From NCBI RefSeq assembly GCF_052425735.1, contig NC_135768.1, positions 18,228,001 through 18,292,000 of the forward strand: a DNA stretch of 64,000 nucleotides, written 5' to 3'. The first letter of the stretch is position 1, and every line of letters begins with the position of its first letter. Below are positions 13,449 through 25,320 of the stretch, piece after piece. The translations under genes were made by a program, and so were the position numbers. This stretch comes from Oculina patagonica. Taxonomy: Eukaryota. Under the pieces are notes generated by a model, which was not told where the DNA came from, did not search any database, and saw only the letters and a list, made by a program, of their open reading frames with translations.

Positions 13449-13704
13449 GGCAGCATGGCCTAGTGGTCAGGGCGCTGGACTTGTAATCCGAGGTACCTGG
13501 TTCAAATCCTCCTCCCTGCCACTAGATGGATTTGTCTTCGGTGGACCCGAATTCAACTCCTCCACCCAACTGGTTAGCCTCATGTCAGCTGGGATTTTTT
13601 AACAAGTTTCTCTTTGATTTACAATATTTGTTTCCTCAGATTTACAGTGTCAGTGAATGAAGACCCACTTTATGGAAATGCCACTGCAAACTCCCATTAT
13701 TATT
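13449..13704 (+). mobile_element. tRNA-derived SINE
   Basis: A box TGGCCTAGTGG, B box GGTTCAAATCC, non-tRNA body and ATT tail. Absent at the paralogous position 9890-9910. Confidence 0.85.
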
Positions 13705-15758
13705 AATACTAGCTAAAAAAAACGGACAACGGAATTTGGTGAGCGTCGAGCTTTTTGCTCGCAAAGCAAGGGCAGAAATCATCGACTTGCCAAGCCTAAA
13801 ATTGGTAGCCGGCGCAAGCCACTTTGGTGCAGTTTTAAACATTATTCCCAATGCCCCATATACTTATTCAGTTAATTCACTTGTAAACAGGTTTCTTGCT
13901 TCAAAAATGGAATATGGTGAAGACTAAATGACGCGATTTCTTTGCGCGGCACTAAACCTCTGCTACAAGACACGTATAACTAAAAACGCCTGTAATAATA
14001 TAGTACAAGCCACTTCGCCACTTTTCGTGCGGCATAGATTTCTTCGGCTTGGTCTTTTGAAAATCAAGATAAAGGTTAACAGCTTGATTGTAAATTTCAA
14101 AACACCACGAAGGCGCATTTTAATTTACGCGATTGAATCGCATTATGTCTGGTATTTGTTTAAGTGATATTCAATTAATACATACTGCTCATTTTATGAA
14201 CAATTTCGCTCGGCTGTGGTTATATTCAATACCCAAGGTTATTTAATTTATTTCCAGAAAGAAATGGAACACTCACCCTTACTCGGGTCAATGAGCCTCT
14301 AATTCTAAAGCCTCGAATAATATATAAACGCCGTTTCTACATGAGAATGGAATTTATTGGAAAATGCTGATATTTAATTAAAAACACTACTTGTTTATCT
14401 CTGAGCAGCCATAATGATAAATCGTCTTAAAGAAAATTCAATTAGTTTTTTTGACAGCCAACCGTTAACAACTTTACTCGGATTAAATTCAGACCTAGCA
14501 GAGAGATATTACAAATCAGAAATGCCCCTTAAGCAATAATTAAAGGATTGGCTGACAAAATATTATAATTGCAGCACTGTAGTGCAGAGGAAGGATCTAA
14601 ACTTCTTTTTACATCATGTTTTGACAAATATAAATCTCTCGGCAATCCCTGTTCAAGCGACTTGTTAAGCTTGTTAAGCTAAATGCAAGATATGTGTAAA
14701 AAACAAAAATAAATATACATAAAGGATATTTATTTTGCAAAAATAAATGGTTTTATGTAGCTTGTTTCGTGAGTATTAACCAGCTTCCGGTGAAATTCCC
14801 TCCACTATCACTTCCGGTTACATTTTCGCGGGCTTTCAGGTCATGAAGGCGCGGTTACATCGCCTTTACGCTTATGGCGTCTTCGAGTGAAGAAAAGTTT
14901 CTTGGTCGCTTGGTCAAGCAATCAACTTTAATCGCTTGTATTCTACAATCAGAGATCCAACCATTGCAGCCTGTCGAAGTAACGACTAACAAGGATGCTC
15001 AGTTTACAAGTTAAGTATCTGATTTTTGGTTGGATTGCTAGCAAGATGGCTTATTATTTTACAGTTTCAGAGGCGACCGTCAGCTTTCAGCTAGTAATTT
15101 ATAGCGAACAAGCGAAATAGCTCTCTTTCACGTCTGATCTACAGTGAATTGCTTGGTGTTTTTGTCGCCTAGGACACGTGTGCCTGCCAAACGGCATTCT
15201 TTTGGTGGTGTACTTTAAATTTACACCTTGTAATCCATCTTGCTTGCAGCATACGATATCGGCAAATCTTTAATAATTTCCTTTTGGCTTTGTTTGTTTG
15301 TTTGTTGTCCTGCAGCTATAATTTTCACTATTTTATTGAGGTTAGGATTTTATTGTCTTTTTGCTTTGCCTTGCTCGATTCAATTTTTATAACCTTCATA
15401 ATATTCCTACGGGGATTTATTTATCAACGGGGATTTGTTTATCTCTTCTTCGATGTTTAGTTGGGGATATTTGTGCCTCGTTGTATCATGCTGATACTCT
15501 GGGAGTTTATATGTTCCCCATTGTTTTTCCTTACTTACAATTTGGGAATGTCTTGTTCATACTTTACCTGTATCATATTGCGTGCCATTTTGCCTGGTTA
15601 TTTAAATTCGTTTCTAGTATAATACTTATGTTTGGGTGTTTTTCCGACTACTTCTTTTATGCTACCGACATGGTGCTTACATATTTGAGTAGACAAAACC
15701 TTGATTTTACCATGTTTACATGTCATAGTTGCATGTTATTATATAACAGGGTTATTAA

Positions 15759-17960
15759 TAGCCCATTTTCTCATGCTTCTGTGTTTGGGCTGTTTATGCC
15801 CAGCCAGCATGTTGTTTTTATATTTGAGGTTATTCATACCTCAGTTTATTTATTATCTATTTATCTATTTATTTATTATCTATTTATCTATTTATTAATA
15901 GCCCATTTTCTCATGCTTCTGTGTTTGGGCTAATTATGCCCAGCCAGCATGTTGTTTTTATATTAATTTTGAGGTTATTCATACTTCAGTTTGTCATGTT
16001 CCGTGTTCGGTTATTTATACCCTCACGACATGTACTCATTTATGGGGGTGATTATTTATATCTCCCATTTTATCATGCTTTGTGTTTGGGCTACTTATGC
16101 CCTGCCAGCATGTTGTTTATAAATTGGAGTTATTTATACTCCATTTTTGTCAGGTTTTTCAAGTCTGGGTTAATTATACCCGGCTTGTGCCTGTTTATCT
16201 ATTCACGGTGTAGCATGATTTTATCGGCCAGGCATTGTGTTTGCATTGTCATGTGCCATTCATGTGTTACGCACCGTTGTGTGAATAATTGTGATCACAC
16301 ACACTTACTATTATTATTGTTAGAATTATTATTATTAATATCATTATTGTTATTACTGTGTGAATNNNNNNNNNNNNNNNNNNNNNNNNNNNNNNNNNNN
16401 NNNNNNNNNNNNNNNNNNNNNNNNNNNNNNNNNNNNNNNNNNNNNNNNNNNNNNNNNNNNNNNNNNNNNNNNNNNNNNNNNNNNNNNNNNNNNNNNNNNA
16501 ATTAAATCTCCTAAAGGACTGGGTCTTATCCATTATTCTAGAGAACTTTAATGCAGAACTTTCCCCAGTTTTCGGGCCTTTTCTAATGTGGTTATTTTGA
16601 TTGACATCACCCCCACTACCTGTACCACCACCACCTTCTTTATGGTCAGAGGCCTTGCTAGTCAGGGAGGGTATTGGAACAATTCTTGATGCATTTGTCT
16701 TTTCAATAAATGGGGTTTTTTGTTCCCAATTGGTGTCGTTAGGTTAATCTAAGTTTTTATGTATTACACAAGTTTCTTTTCATTACATTAACAAGGTTTT
16801 GAGAATACGGCTCTGTGCCCTCCATTTAGAGTTTATTAGAATCCCAATGAAAGAATTCCAATACACCTAACTTTATATTTCAATAATTGCAAAGGAAAAT
16901 TCTTGCAATATCAACTTTATAATACAACAACTAATAGCCTCAAAGGTTCATCAGCTTATTTGCTACATATTTAAGACACTGTATATTCATCCGTTAATAC
17001 GAGGCTATTCAAAAATGCAAAGCACGTCATTAGCATTTTCTTTCCCTGCTTCTTAGCTCATTAATTTGAAGAGTTAGTCAACTACCTTAATAATTTCTGT
17101 AAGTGATGTACAACATGTATGTTGACCTTTCGGAAAGTGCAGGTACAATAATTTTTATACAATTATACAGTTCTCAATGTTGAGAATATCAGCATAAAAG
17201 GATGCTTAAATCTTGTCTTAAACATCATTTGAGCAGCATATCAGGCACAATCTGATGGATTTAGTTATATTAATCATACCTCAGCTTCTGTTTGTGATAC
17301 CCTGTCCTTAAATCCCCCAAAGTTTTTTCCTTTCATTTGATATCTTTGTATGATAAAGATGAGGATAGGTTCTATATTGCCTTTTAAACCAATGTTATAA
17401 AGTCAAAAAACCATCTGTGCAGTTGGTTGGATATTTCTTGCCTTATAACACCAAAATATTGTAATTATTTTGGTTCATCCAAGGTGTCAAAATTAAATTA
17501 CCATTATGTTAACTGGTAAACTTAATTCCTGAGATATATGTACTTTTAAGCTAAAAAAAAAACTGTTCTCATGGCGTACATATATACTGACATTTTAGGA
17601 CCTTTGATGACATTTAATGGTCTCATTTGGTTGTTTCCCTTGTGATATTTAGCTATTATTTTAGGCCAACTACCCATTTTGGAGGTTTCTATTATAAGGT
17701 TTACAGGTTTCTTCAGCTCTGGTCAGTGTACCTCAAATTATTCATTTTCTAAATGGTCAGTTCCTCCTGCTGAGCTGCATTTATTTGCCTTGCACCTGGG
17801 TTATATATACCCTCACCGCACGTACCTATTTATTGGAGTGATTATTTTTATACCCCATTTTCTCATGCTTTTATGTTTGGGCTATTTTTGCCCTGCCAAC
17901 ATGTTGCTTTTAAATTTGAGGTTAATTGTGCCTCAGTTTGTCATGTTCCGTGTTCGGGCT
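15759..17960 (+). repeat. Dispersed/tandem ~90-bp repeat (CCCATTTTCTCATGCTT..GTGTTTGGGCT...), 4 copies
   Basis: Copies at about 15759, 15899, 16063 and 17853. Confidence 0.8.
16366..16499. other. Assembly gap (134 N)
   Basis: Run of N. Confidence 1.
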
Positions 17961-18270
17961 TTCTACACCCTCATGGCGTGTACTTATTTATTGGGGTTAA
18001 ATTACCGTGTTTGTAACTGGTAAACTTCATTCATGAGATACTATACTGTTAAGGTAAAACCTGTTTTCGTGGAGTACATATATGAAGACATTTCAGAACC
18101 TGTGATGACATTTAATTGTCTCATTTGGTTGTTTTGCTTGTGATGTCTAGCTATTATTTTAGGCCTACTACCCACTTGGAGGTTTTTATTTATTAGCTTT
18201 ACAGGTTTCTTCAGCTCCGGACAGATGGACAGTTTCTCTTGCTGACCTGTATTTATTTGCCTTGTACCTG
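17512..18270 (+). repeat. ~270-bp direct repeat pair (17512-17797 and 18016-18270)
   Basis: Both begin AACTGGTAAACTT and share GATGACATTTAA..TCTCATTTGGTTGTTT and TTTACAGGTTTCTTCAGCTC. Confidence 0.8.
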
Positions 18271-18472
18271 ATGTTCCTCAAAAGTCGCTCAAGAGCCTGT
18301 CGACACTGATGCGCCGACCATCGCCTCTCTGAGACGATGATGCCGATGATGATGATTGATGATGTTCCTCAGCCCTTCAGGAAGTTATGTACATTGGTTT
18401 TCCTGCTACAGCCAGTGCAGCATTTAACGGTTTCTCCTAAGGAGTCCAGCCATAGATCATAAAGGTCCTAAC

Positions 18473-21400
18473 TAGTTTATCAAACCATGTGCGCAGGGGC
18501 CACTTGGCGTTAAACTGGTGAACATTTTTTTTTTTCAGTTTTTGTAATATAGTAGGCCTGAACTGTCACACAACAGCCATCAGTCTGAGTTAGATTTGTT
18601 CTGTTTGGTTATATAATACACTAGGTTGGAAGCACTTGCGCAGGGGCCAATTGTTTCCTATTCTTGAGAATAACTTTAAATATTAGCAAACTTTGACAGT
18701 TCATGTAGGTCATAATTAACCGGGCAGAGACTGGGCCGGGCCCGGTTCATAAATCGCCCGGAATTTTTTCGTCGTAGTAGTAGTCTTGTCGGTAAATCGT
18801 TCCAGACCCGCTCGGCCGCTTCCTTGGCCAGGATTCAAAACACGCACTTTTGATATTTACTCGGCAGGAGCTATTAAATCAATCTTCTATTTAAAATTTT
18901 ATCTAAAACCCTGATTTCTGTTAAGCGTGAAATATATGTGTTAATGTTATTCAAGCGTTTGACTCAAGAGAGTACTGGGTTGCGAAACCGGTGATTGTTT
19001 TGACAGGTCCAAACCGCTATGTCAGTCACGCAATGTTTTTGAAGCAAGCTTTACGCATATTAAACTGCTTAAAAAAGGCTGGTAGCTGGAGCATTTTTGA
19101 GCCAGAATAATTCTTTGAAGATACTTTCCGAATTAATCATGTCCATTTTCATCCGTGCACAGTTGAGCCGGCAAAGTCGCGTATCAGAGACGATTGAATG
19201 TTTGCACAGCAAAATAATCTTTAATTCTATTTTGATTCTTGAAGAAAAAGCTTTATTTCAGTGTTTACTTACACACTTCCCAAGACTTCAGAAAACAAAA
19301 TGGTAATGTATAGTTTTTCTACGAAGTATGATGGAATTTTTGAAAGGATCCGTAAAGCCAGCAAGTAAAACAAATGGTCTACAAAATGAAATCTTGGTGC
19401 CACTGCGGGTAATTTCATTAATTGTAATTAAATTCTACCACGGCATGCAAACTTTCACGGTTTTGAAATTTTCTAAATCTTTAAGCCTTTCAAAATGTTT
19501 CTTGACCCCATCTTGAATAAAAATTCATTTGAAACTTTTTTTCATGTTTCTTTCATTTGTTTAAGTTTTAGTTGGGTTTTTAGGCTTTTGAAACGAACAA
19601 GATCTATTTATAGATTGAGGCACCGTGTGATGTTTTTGATTACCTTGTTTGTCGTAGTAGTTCGCTCGGCCGCTTTCTTCTGTTTCTTGGCCAGGATTCA
19701 AATCCCGCACTCTTGATATTTACTCAGCAGGAGCTAAGATTACTCTCCTATTTAAAATTTTGTCTAATACCCTGATTTCTGTTATTAAAGCGTGAAATGG
19801 ATATTTTTGTGTTTATATTCAAGCGTTCGACTCAAGCGAGAACAAGAGCGCGAAACCGGTGATTGTTTTGACTAAGCTTTTTTTACGTCAGTCACGCAAT
19901 GTTTTTGCAGCAAGCTTCTGCTTTTAAAAACGGCTGGCAGCTAAAGCATTTTTGGGCCAGACTCTACTTTGAAGATTTTTTCTGTTTAGCAAGAATTGTG
20001 TCCATTTTGTCCATTTTCATCCGTGTACAGTGGACCGACAAAGTTGTGTGTCACAGACGGATTGAATGTTTACACAACAAAATATAAACCTTGTTTTGGT
20101 TCTTGCTCAGCTCAGAAAACAAAATGGAAATGTAAGTTAGTAATATAATAATTTCTACAAACTAGAATGGAATTTGGATCGGTAAAGCCATCGAGTAAAA
20201 TAATAGACGGCAAAAATAAAAACTTGCGCTTTGGCTAATTTTACGGCTTTAATTTAAAGTATTCAAATTTTTAATGCCATTCAAATGTTTCTTGGCCTCA
20301 TCTTGAATCTTTTTTTTTCTTTTTTCACATTTAGTTGGGATTTTTAACAGCAAATGTTATCTAGTACGTGTGATCTAATGCATGCCCTTTTTTAGTCTTT
20401 TTATTTTCGTTTGTAATTTTGTTTTGAAGTTTTTCTGTTATTCTTGATATTTATGTAACTCGTTTTATTTTTATTTAATTTTATTTATGTGACTCGTTTT
20501 ATTCGAGCAAGAGCCAATACTGTAATTTTCTAGTTACTCCACTCATTTTTGCGAGAAAGAAATATATTTTTTGGTTTTTCATTCGAGGGTTTTTAATTTC
20601 ACTCGGAACCGAACGGCGATGAAGAAATTACCTGTTATGTATCACGCAAGCAAGAACTGGCGTTTGCGTGACTGCTTCCCAAAATGCAGCATATAGGCAG
20701 GTTTTTCGATCAAAGAATCAGACTGACAAGAAGAGCTGGCGTGTTTAAAAGCTAAAAAGCTTTCTAATTTTTTATTATTCCTTTTTTTGTGCGCTTCTTA
20801 GTTTTTAACGAATTATTTCTAATTGTTTGTTTGTTTTGGCCGTAGATCATTTGTAATGCTATTCAACTGTTTGAGTTCATTTATTCAAGATAAGAAATAC
20901 ACAAAACGTATTAAACTTGTGTGTCACAGCTACTCGCCCCTAAACTACTGCTCGGCTGGCGCCATCACAAAAGTGCTGAGGAGGGCGGGGAGAAGGGTTA
21001 AGAGTAGAATGTGTTATGGGAAGGAGTAGAGTCGAAAGCTGCAGGGGATGGGGGAGGACGGAGTAGGAGGGGAGATATTCGAAGGTGATTGGCTAAGAAA
21101 AGCGGGAATGGGGGGAGGTGGGGGGGGGGTTGAATAAAAATCCATGCTTGATTATATCGCGCAACCTTTTTTTCATGGTTTTCTTATCAGAACAGCTGTT
21201 CAAAATTTTATGAGTAGTCTGCACTTTGTTAAGTGCATAATAATGATAATAATAATAAATAATAATAATATTTATATAGCGCTATTCAGCTAATCTTCCA
21301 TTATCCTTGGATAAAAACTAAAATCTAAAAATACCGAGGTTATTCATTGTTCAAAAAAATTGGAAGCCTAAGCAGGAATTTGTTCAAGCATGGACAAACA

Positions 21401-22790
21401 AACCACAGACTTGTGTGTTTCTCAATTAAATGGTATTTTAAAAGTTTTTGCTGCACTTGCCTAATCAAGTAGTTAAACATTAACTGCCCGGTTTTAAGCT
21501 TTAAGCTTTAGGCGTCTTGTTAGTTTATCAAACCATGTGCGCAGGGGCCACTTGGTTAAACATGGAAACAATGTTTAGTTTTTGTGATATAGTAGGGTTG
21601 AACTGTCATGCAATGGCCAACATTCTGAGATATACTTGTTGTGTGGCTATAAAGTTTACTAGGTTGGAGCCCTTTATGCAGGGGTGAATTGTTTCCTATT
21701 CTTGAGAATAACTTTTAATATCAGGAGAATTTGTCAGATCATAAAGTTCATAATAATTTAGTTTATCAAACTACTGTCAGTAGGGGCCACTTGGTTACAC
21801 CCGTAACAATTTTCAGTGGTTGCAATATCGCAGTGGTGAACTGTCACGTAAGGGCCAACAGTCTGAGCTACATACTGTATGTTGTGTTTGGTTACAGAAG
21901 TTACTGTAAGGTGGAAGCATTTGCGCAGGGGCCAATTGTTTCTTCTTTTAACTTTTAATTTTAGCAAAATTTGACAAAATAATAATTCTGTGGATCTCAC
22001 CATGTAAACAAGGGCCACTCAGTTAAACAGAGTGTAACTTTTCTTTGGAGCTGCTTGATTCTTGTCTAACCAATTAATTTGTGGATCAAATTGTGCGAGC
22101 AAAGGCCACTGGGATGTAGTTAGTTCCAAGTTGACGTGCATGGGCTGTAAGTCCTGGATTCATGGTTAAACATTTACTTGTAAATTAGATTGGTAGAATT
22201 CGGGCAGGGGCTAATTGCTTTCTGACCTTAAGAATAACTCAAATATTTGAGGCTACATACAATAACTTATCAAAATTTATGTTCAACCTGAATTTAAGTT
22301 AAGACCTGTCAAACATTACTTGATACTTTTGATTAATCATATGTTCATATAAGTGGGACAGCACAATTGAGCAGGGGCTAAATGGTGGTGGACCACTTAT
22401 ATTTTTATAACTTAAGCAAATTTCCTAGTTGGCATTACTCTATCCTTGACTCATATTGCAATAATTCCAGTCCCCCTTCCCCCTTTTTTGGGTGGGTGAG
22501 CACACTTGTACTGGTATAGAGTAATTAATATTTATTACAATTGAGCATAAGTTAATGCCCTGTAGGATGGGCTAGAGCTTGAGCCTTGGTTCCTACCCAG
22601 ATTTCCTGACCAATTTTTCCCTACAGGGTTTTTTGTGGCAGGTTTTTTCTGGCCTCCGTTTACTTACTAGTTATCTAGTTTGTATTTGCTCAGCTCTACT
22701 GGGGTCAATCTTTAAAGTACAGGTGTAAAAAGGGCTTAGTTGACAACCAATTATATTATAATGGTATATCACACTTGCGGAGGGGCCAAG
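18473..22790 (+). repeat. Degenerate ~240-bp tandem array with two GCAGGGGCCA motifs per unit, interrupted by an insertion
   Basis: Units begin TAGTTTATCAAAC at about 18474, 21521 and 21759. Motif variants occur at about 18493, 18640, 21541, 21678, 21781, 21925, 22010, 22204, 22371 and 22780. Confidence 0.7.
18718..21493. mobile_element. Nested ~2.8-kb insertion with 10-bp TIR and an internal ~0.7-0.8-kb direct duplication
   Basis: AACCGGGCAG (18718) matches CTGCCCGGTT (21484-21493). The array resumes after it. Internal duplicates at 18770-19590 and 19650-20345. Confidence 0.5.
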
Positions 22791-24267
22791 TGTCATGCAT
22801 GGACAGACTCTCTTGTTACAATTTACAAAACTATCTATCGGTGCAACTGGCCATGTGTACAGTGCACTTGGGCCGCTTCACAGTTATGGTTGTCTTAAGA
22901 GTGTGCTTTCAGGTTCATGTACCTTAGTTAGAAACATGTTCGTTATTTAGCGTTGTTAGCATGGACCTATTAATCTTTAGGTCAAACATTCTCCCTTTAC
23001 TGTATGTCCAATGTATCTGACCTGAATGAATCAGCGCATGAATGTGCTTATGTCTTTTACCCCCCTGCTTGGCATTTTCATACAATCTTATATCATGTTG
23101 AATAAATAGGCCTCGGATATTATTTTAGTCCTTGGCTTTATCTTAGTCTAGCAATTTCATCAGTCCAATCTATTCGCTCAGTCAGTACCTACAATGTATT
23201 ACTAGGTATGCTTTGTATGTACAGCAAATGACAAGCCAAAAATAATTAGTGTTCAAACGGATGGTTTAAAAAAAATAGCACCTCTATACTTATAATTTAC
23301 TTTGTATGGATTACAGTCTCACCTAAACTTCCCACTTGTTGTAACCTACCATTGCCATTCAGGTTGCTTATAGGTCTAAACTCTAAGTTGTGATTGTTGT
23401 GCTATTGGGTTAATTTGTCCTAAATGCTACAGTGGTCATGAGAATTTCCAGTGGCCATATTCTTCACTGTTATATGCTAGTGAAAATTATGTTCTCTTCT
23501 TTACTATTACATTGTCAGTGGGTTGTGTCCGTTGCTTTGGCTTCGGGTGGGGTGCCCGCTCACTCGTACCTCATGGCGGGCTGTGGCGGGTTCTCCCTCA
23601 CCTTTGCTGGGATAATACTTTAAGGTTTCCATATTTTAAGCTTTCTATCCTTGATATAAAAAATAAACGGCCACACCCGTGGCCAAAATCTGCCAAATGG
23701 TAGTCTTGTCTTTTATTATCCCAGCAAACAGAGCTTTGCCAAAGCAACACATACATACTTGTTTATATGCATGGTATCTAATCTAGGAGGAACAGGATAC
23801 ATAAAAAGATATTACCAATTGCAGCACTAAGAGACGAATCGCTTTCCATTTATTTTCATAAAGCGCAATTTAGTTACCAAGAAATATAATCACGCCTCGC
23901 GCTTTTCTTTAAAATAGTACAGTGACGTCTTTAAAACATATTTGACTATCTTTGAGAAGTCATTGCTAAAATTGTGACGAAAAGGTTTTAATATAAAGCT
24001 AAATGCAATTACAGGAAATATCTTCTTTTGTATAACGTACTGCTAAAGAAATCGGCCCAGCGGAGGGATATTACAAACCATGAAAGCCCTTAAAAGCTTT
24101 TATAAAAACTACGGTACGCTTTGTAAACTTGAATGAATATAAAAACCTTATGAAAAACACTGATTAGTAACACTTTAAATAGCAGGTGAAGTGTTCTTAC
24201 TTTATTTTACGGCTCAGTTTTGTAGGCTAAAGAATAATCATCATTTCTTTGCTATAGGCTGTACGCC

Positions 24268-24356
24268 ATGTACGATAACGTAACTAATTCACCTACAAAA
24301 CCTCCTCTCAACCAAAGTTCTGCTTTAAATACATCAAATTAATTATTTTCAGTTCT
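24268..24356 (+). pseudogene. 5' GPCR fragment (MYDNVTNSPTKPPLNQSSALNTSN*) with its promoter
   Basis: Matches the clade-A N-termini and is preceded by the conserved promoter block. Similarity ends at an (ATT)n tract near 24357. Confidence 0.85.
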
Positions 24357-24491
24357 TTATTATTATTATTTTTGTAGCAGCCTTTAATAGTTCACGTCTC
24401 TTCTTTCTATATTTGTCAACCAATCATATTTCATATTTTTAATTAGCACTGTTTCAAATATTGTATTTTTCCATTTTTACTTAGCTTTTTC

Positions 24492-24552
24492 AGGCCCTGA
24501 AGAAGGTTAGTTTTGTCTAGCCGAAAAATTGTGGAAAAAAAAATTTAGGCCT
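24492..24552 (+). ncRNA. Type I hammerhead ribozyme (probably from a Penelope-like element terminal repeat)
   Basis: Stem I AGGCC/GGCCT; core CTGAAGA plus one extra A; stem II GGTTAG-ttttgt-CTAGCC; GAA; stem III AAATT/AATTT; cleavage triplet UUA ending at 24547. Confidence 0.72.
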
Positions 24553-25320
24553 TTTTAGCTGTCCAATCAGCCTTCCATTTGGTTTAACGTTATATGAGAA
24601 TGTTTGTTTTTTAAGTGTTACATTGGATTTGGCTGAAAATTTTAAATGACTTAAATGTTTTAGAACATCCAAGGTTATTTGAAATATTTTGAATTAAAAT
24701 AATAATATTAAGTTAAAATAACGCATTTGCCTGGGAGAGTGAACGAGTTGAATTTTAACATCAAACGTCATTTTTGTAAACAACAAACTACAATTTTGCA
24801 AATTACTATTTGTGGAGATCAAATATTACGCAAATCATTCCGAGCTTAATTTGACAAACTCACCTGAGAAGTGTTGAAATATTAATTAAAAGAAGAAAAT
24901 TGTATTTCAGTAGGAAATGGATACACGTCATCTAAATTTACAGGTTTTTAAGAAAGATGAAAAGATTTAAACATGTCAGTAACGTTTTCATTGATAAGCA
25001 TATTCACGAATGACAAATTTAATTTTGATTATATTTTTAGGTTGTTTACTGACTTAAATTAATTGTTCTATAATTATAGGTTCATACTTCAACTTTTTTG
25101 AAATTGAGCGCAATACTGTTTGCGAGCGACGGAAGTTAATTTTATTCAATTGCTTTCACTATTCAATATCCAAATATTTAATCATGGTTACAGAGACAAA
25201 ACCATTTGCAAAATTTCCCCGAAAGTACCTGTCTTATATTCGTTTCCATACGTAAAGCAACCGAGAACAGTTTTCTTTCGGTGAACCAACCTAACTTCGT
25301 ATAACAGAAGGAAGATAAAT

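Larger units (their letters stand above)
14741..23796 (+). other. ~9-kb non-coding composite insertion interrupting a GPCR spacer (possible non-autonomous retroelement)
   Basis: Paralogous spacer sequence stops near 14740 and resumes near 23797, with ATACATAAA(A/G)..GATATT on both sides. Contains internal repeat arrays, a promoter-like 5' end and AATAAA plus hairpin at the 3' end. Boundaries approximate; includes an assembly gap. Confidence 0.5.

Noticed and set aside
13449-13521. tRNA-Thr(TGT)-like gene
   Set aside because: It continues into a SINE body and is absent at the paralogous site, so it is a SINE head rather than a tRNA gene.
15361-16505. 190- and 194-aa hydrophobic ORFs
   Set aside because: They arise from T-rich tandem repeats, have non-ATG starts, and one runs through Ns. 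No protein motifs.
15759-22790. CRISPR-like repeat/spacer appearance of the arrays
   Set aside because: Eukaryotic context, long degenerate units, homologous rather than unique spacers, and no cas genes.
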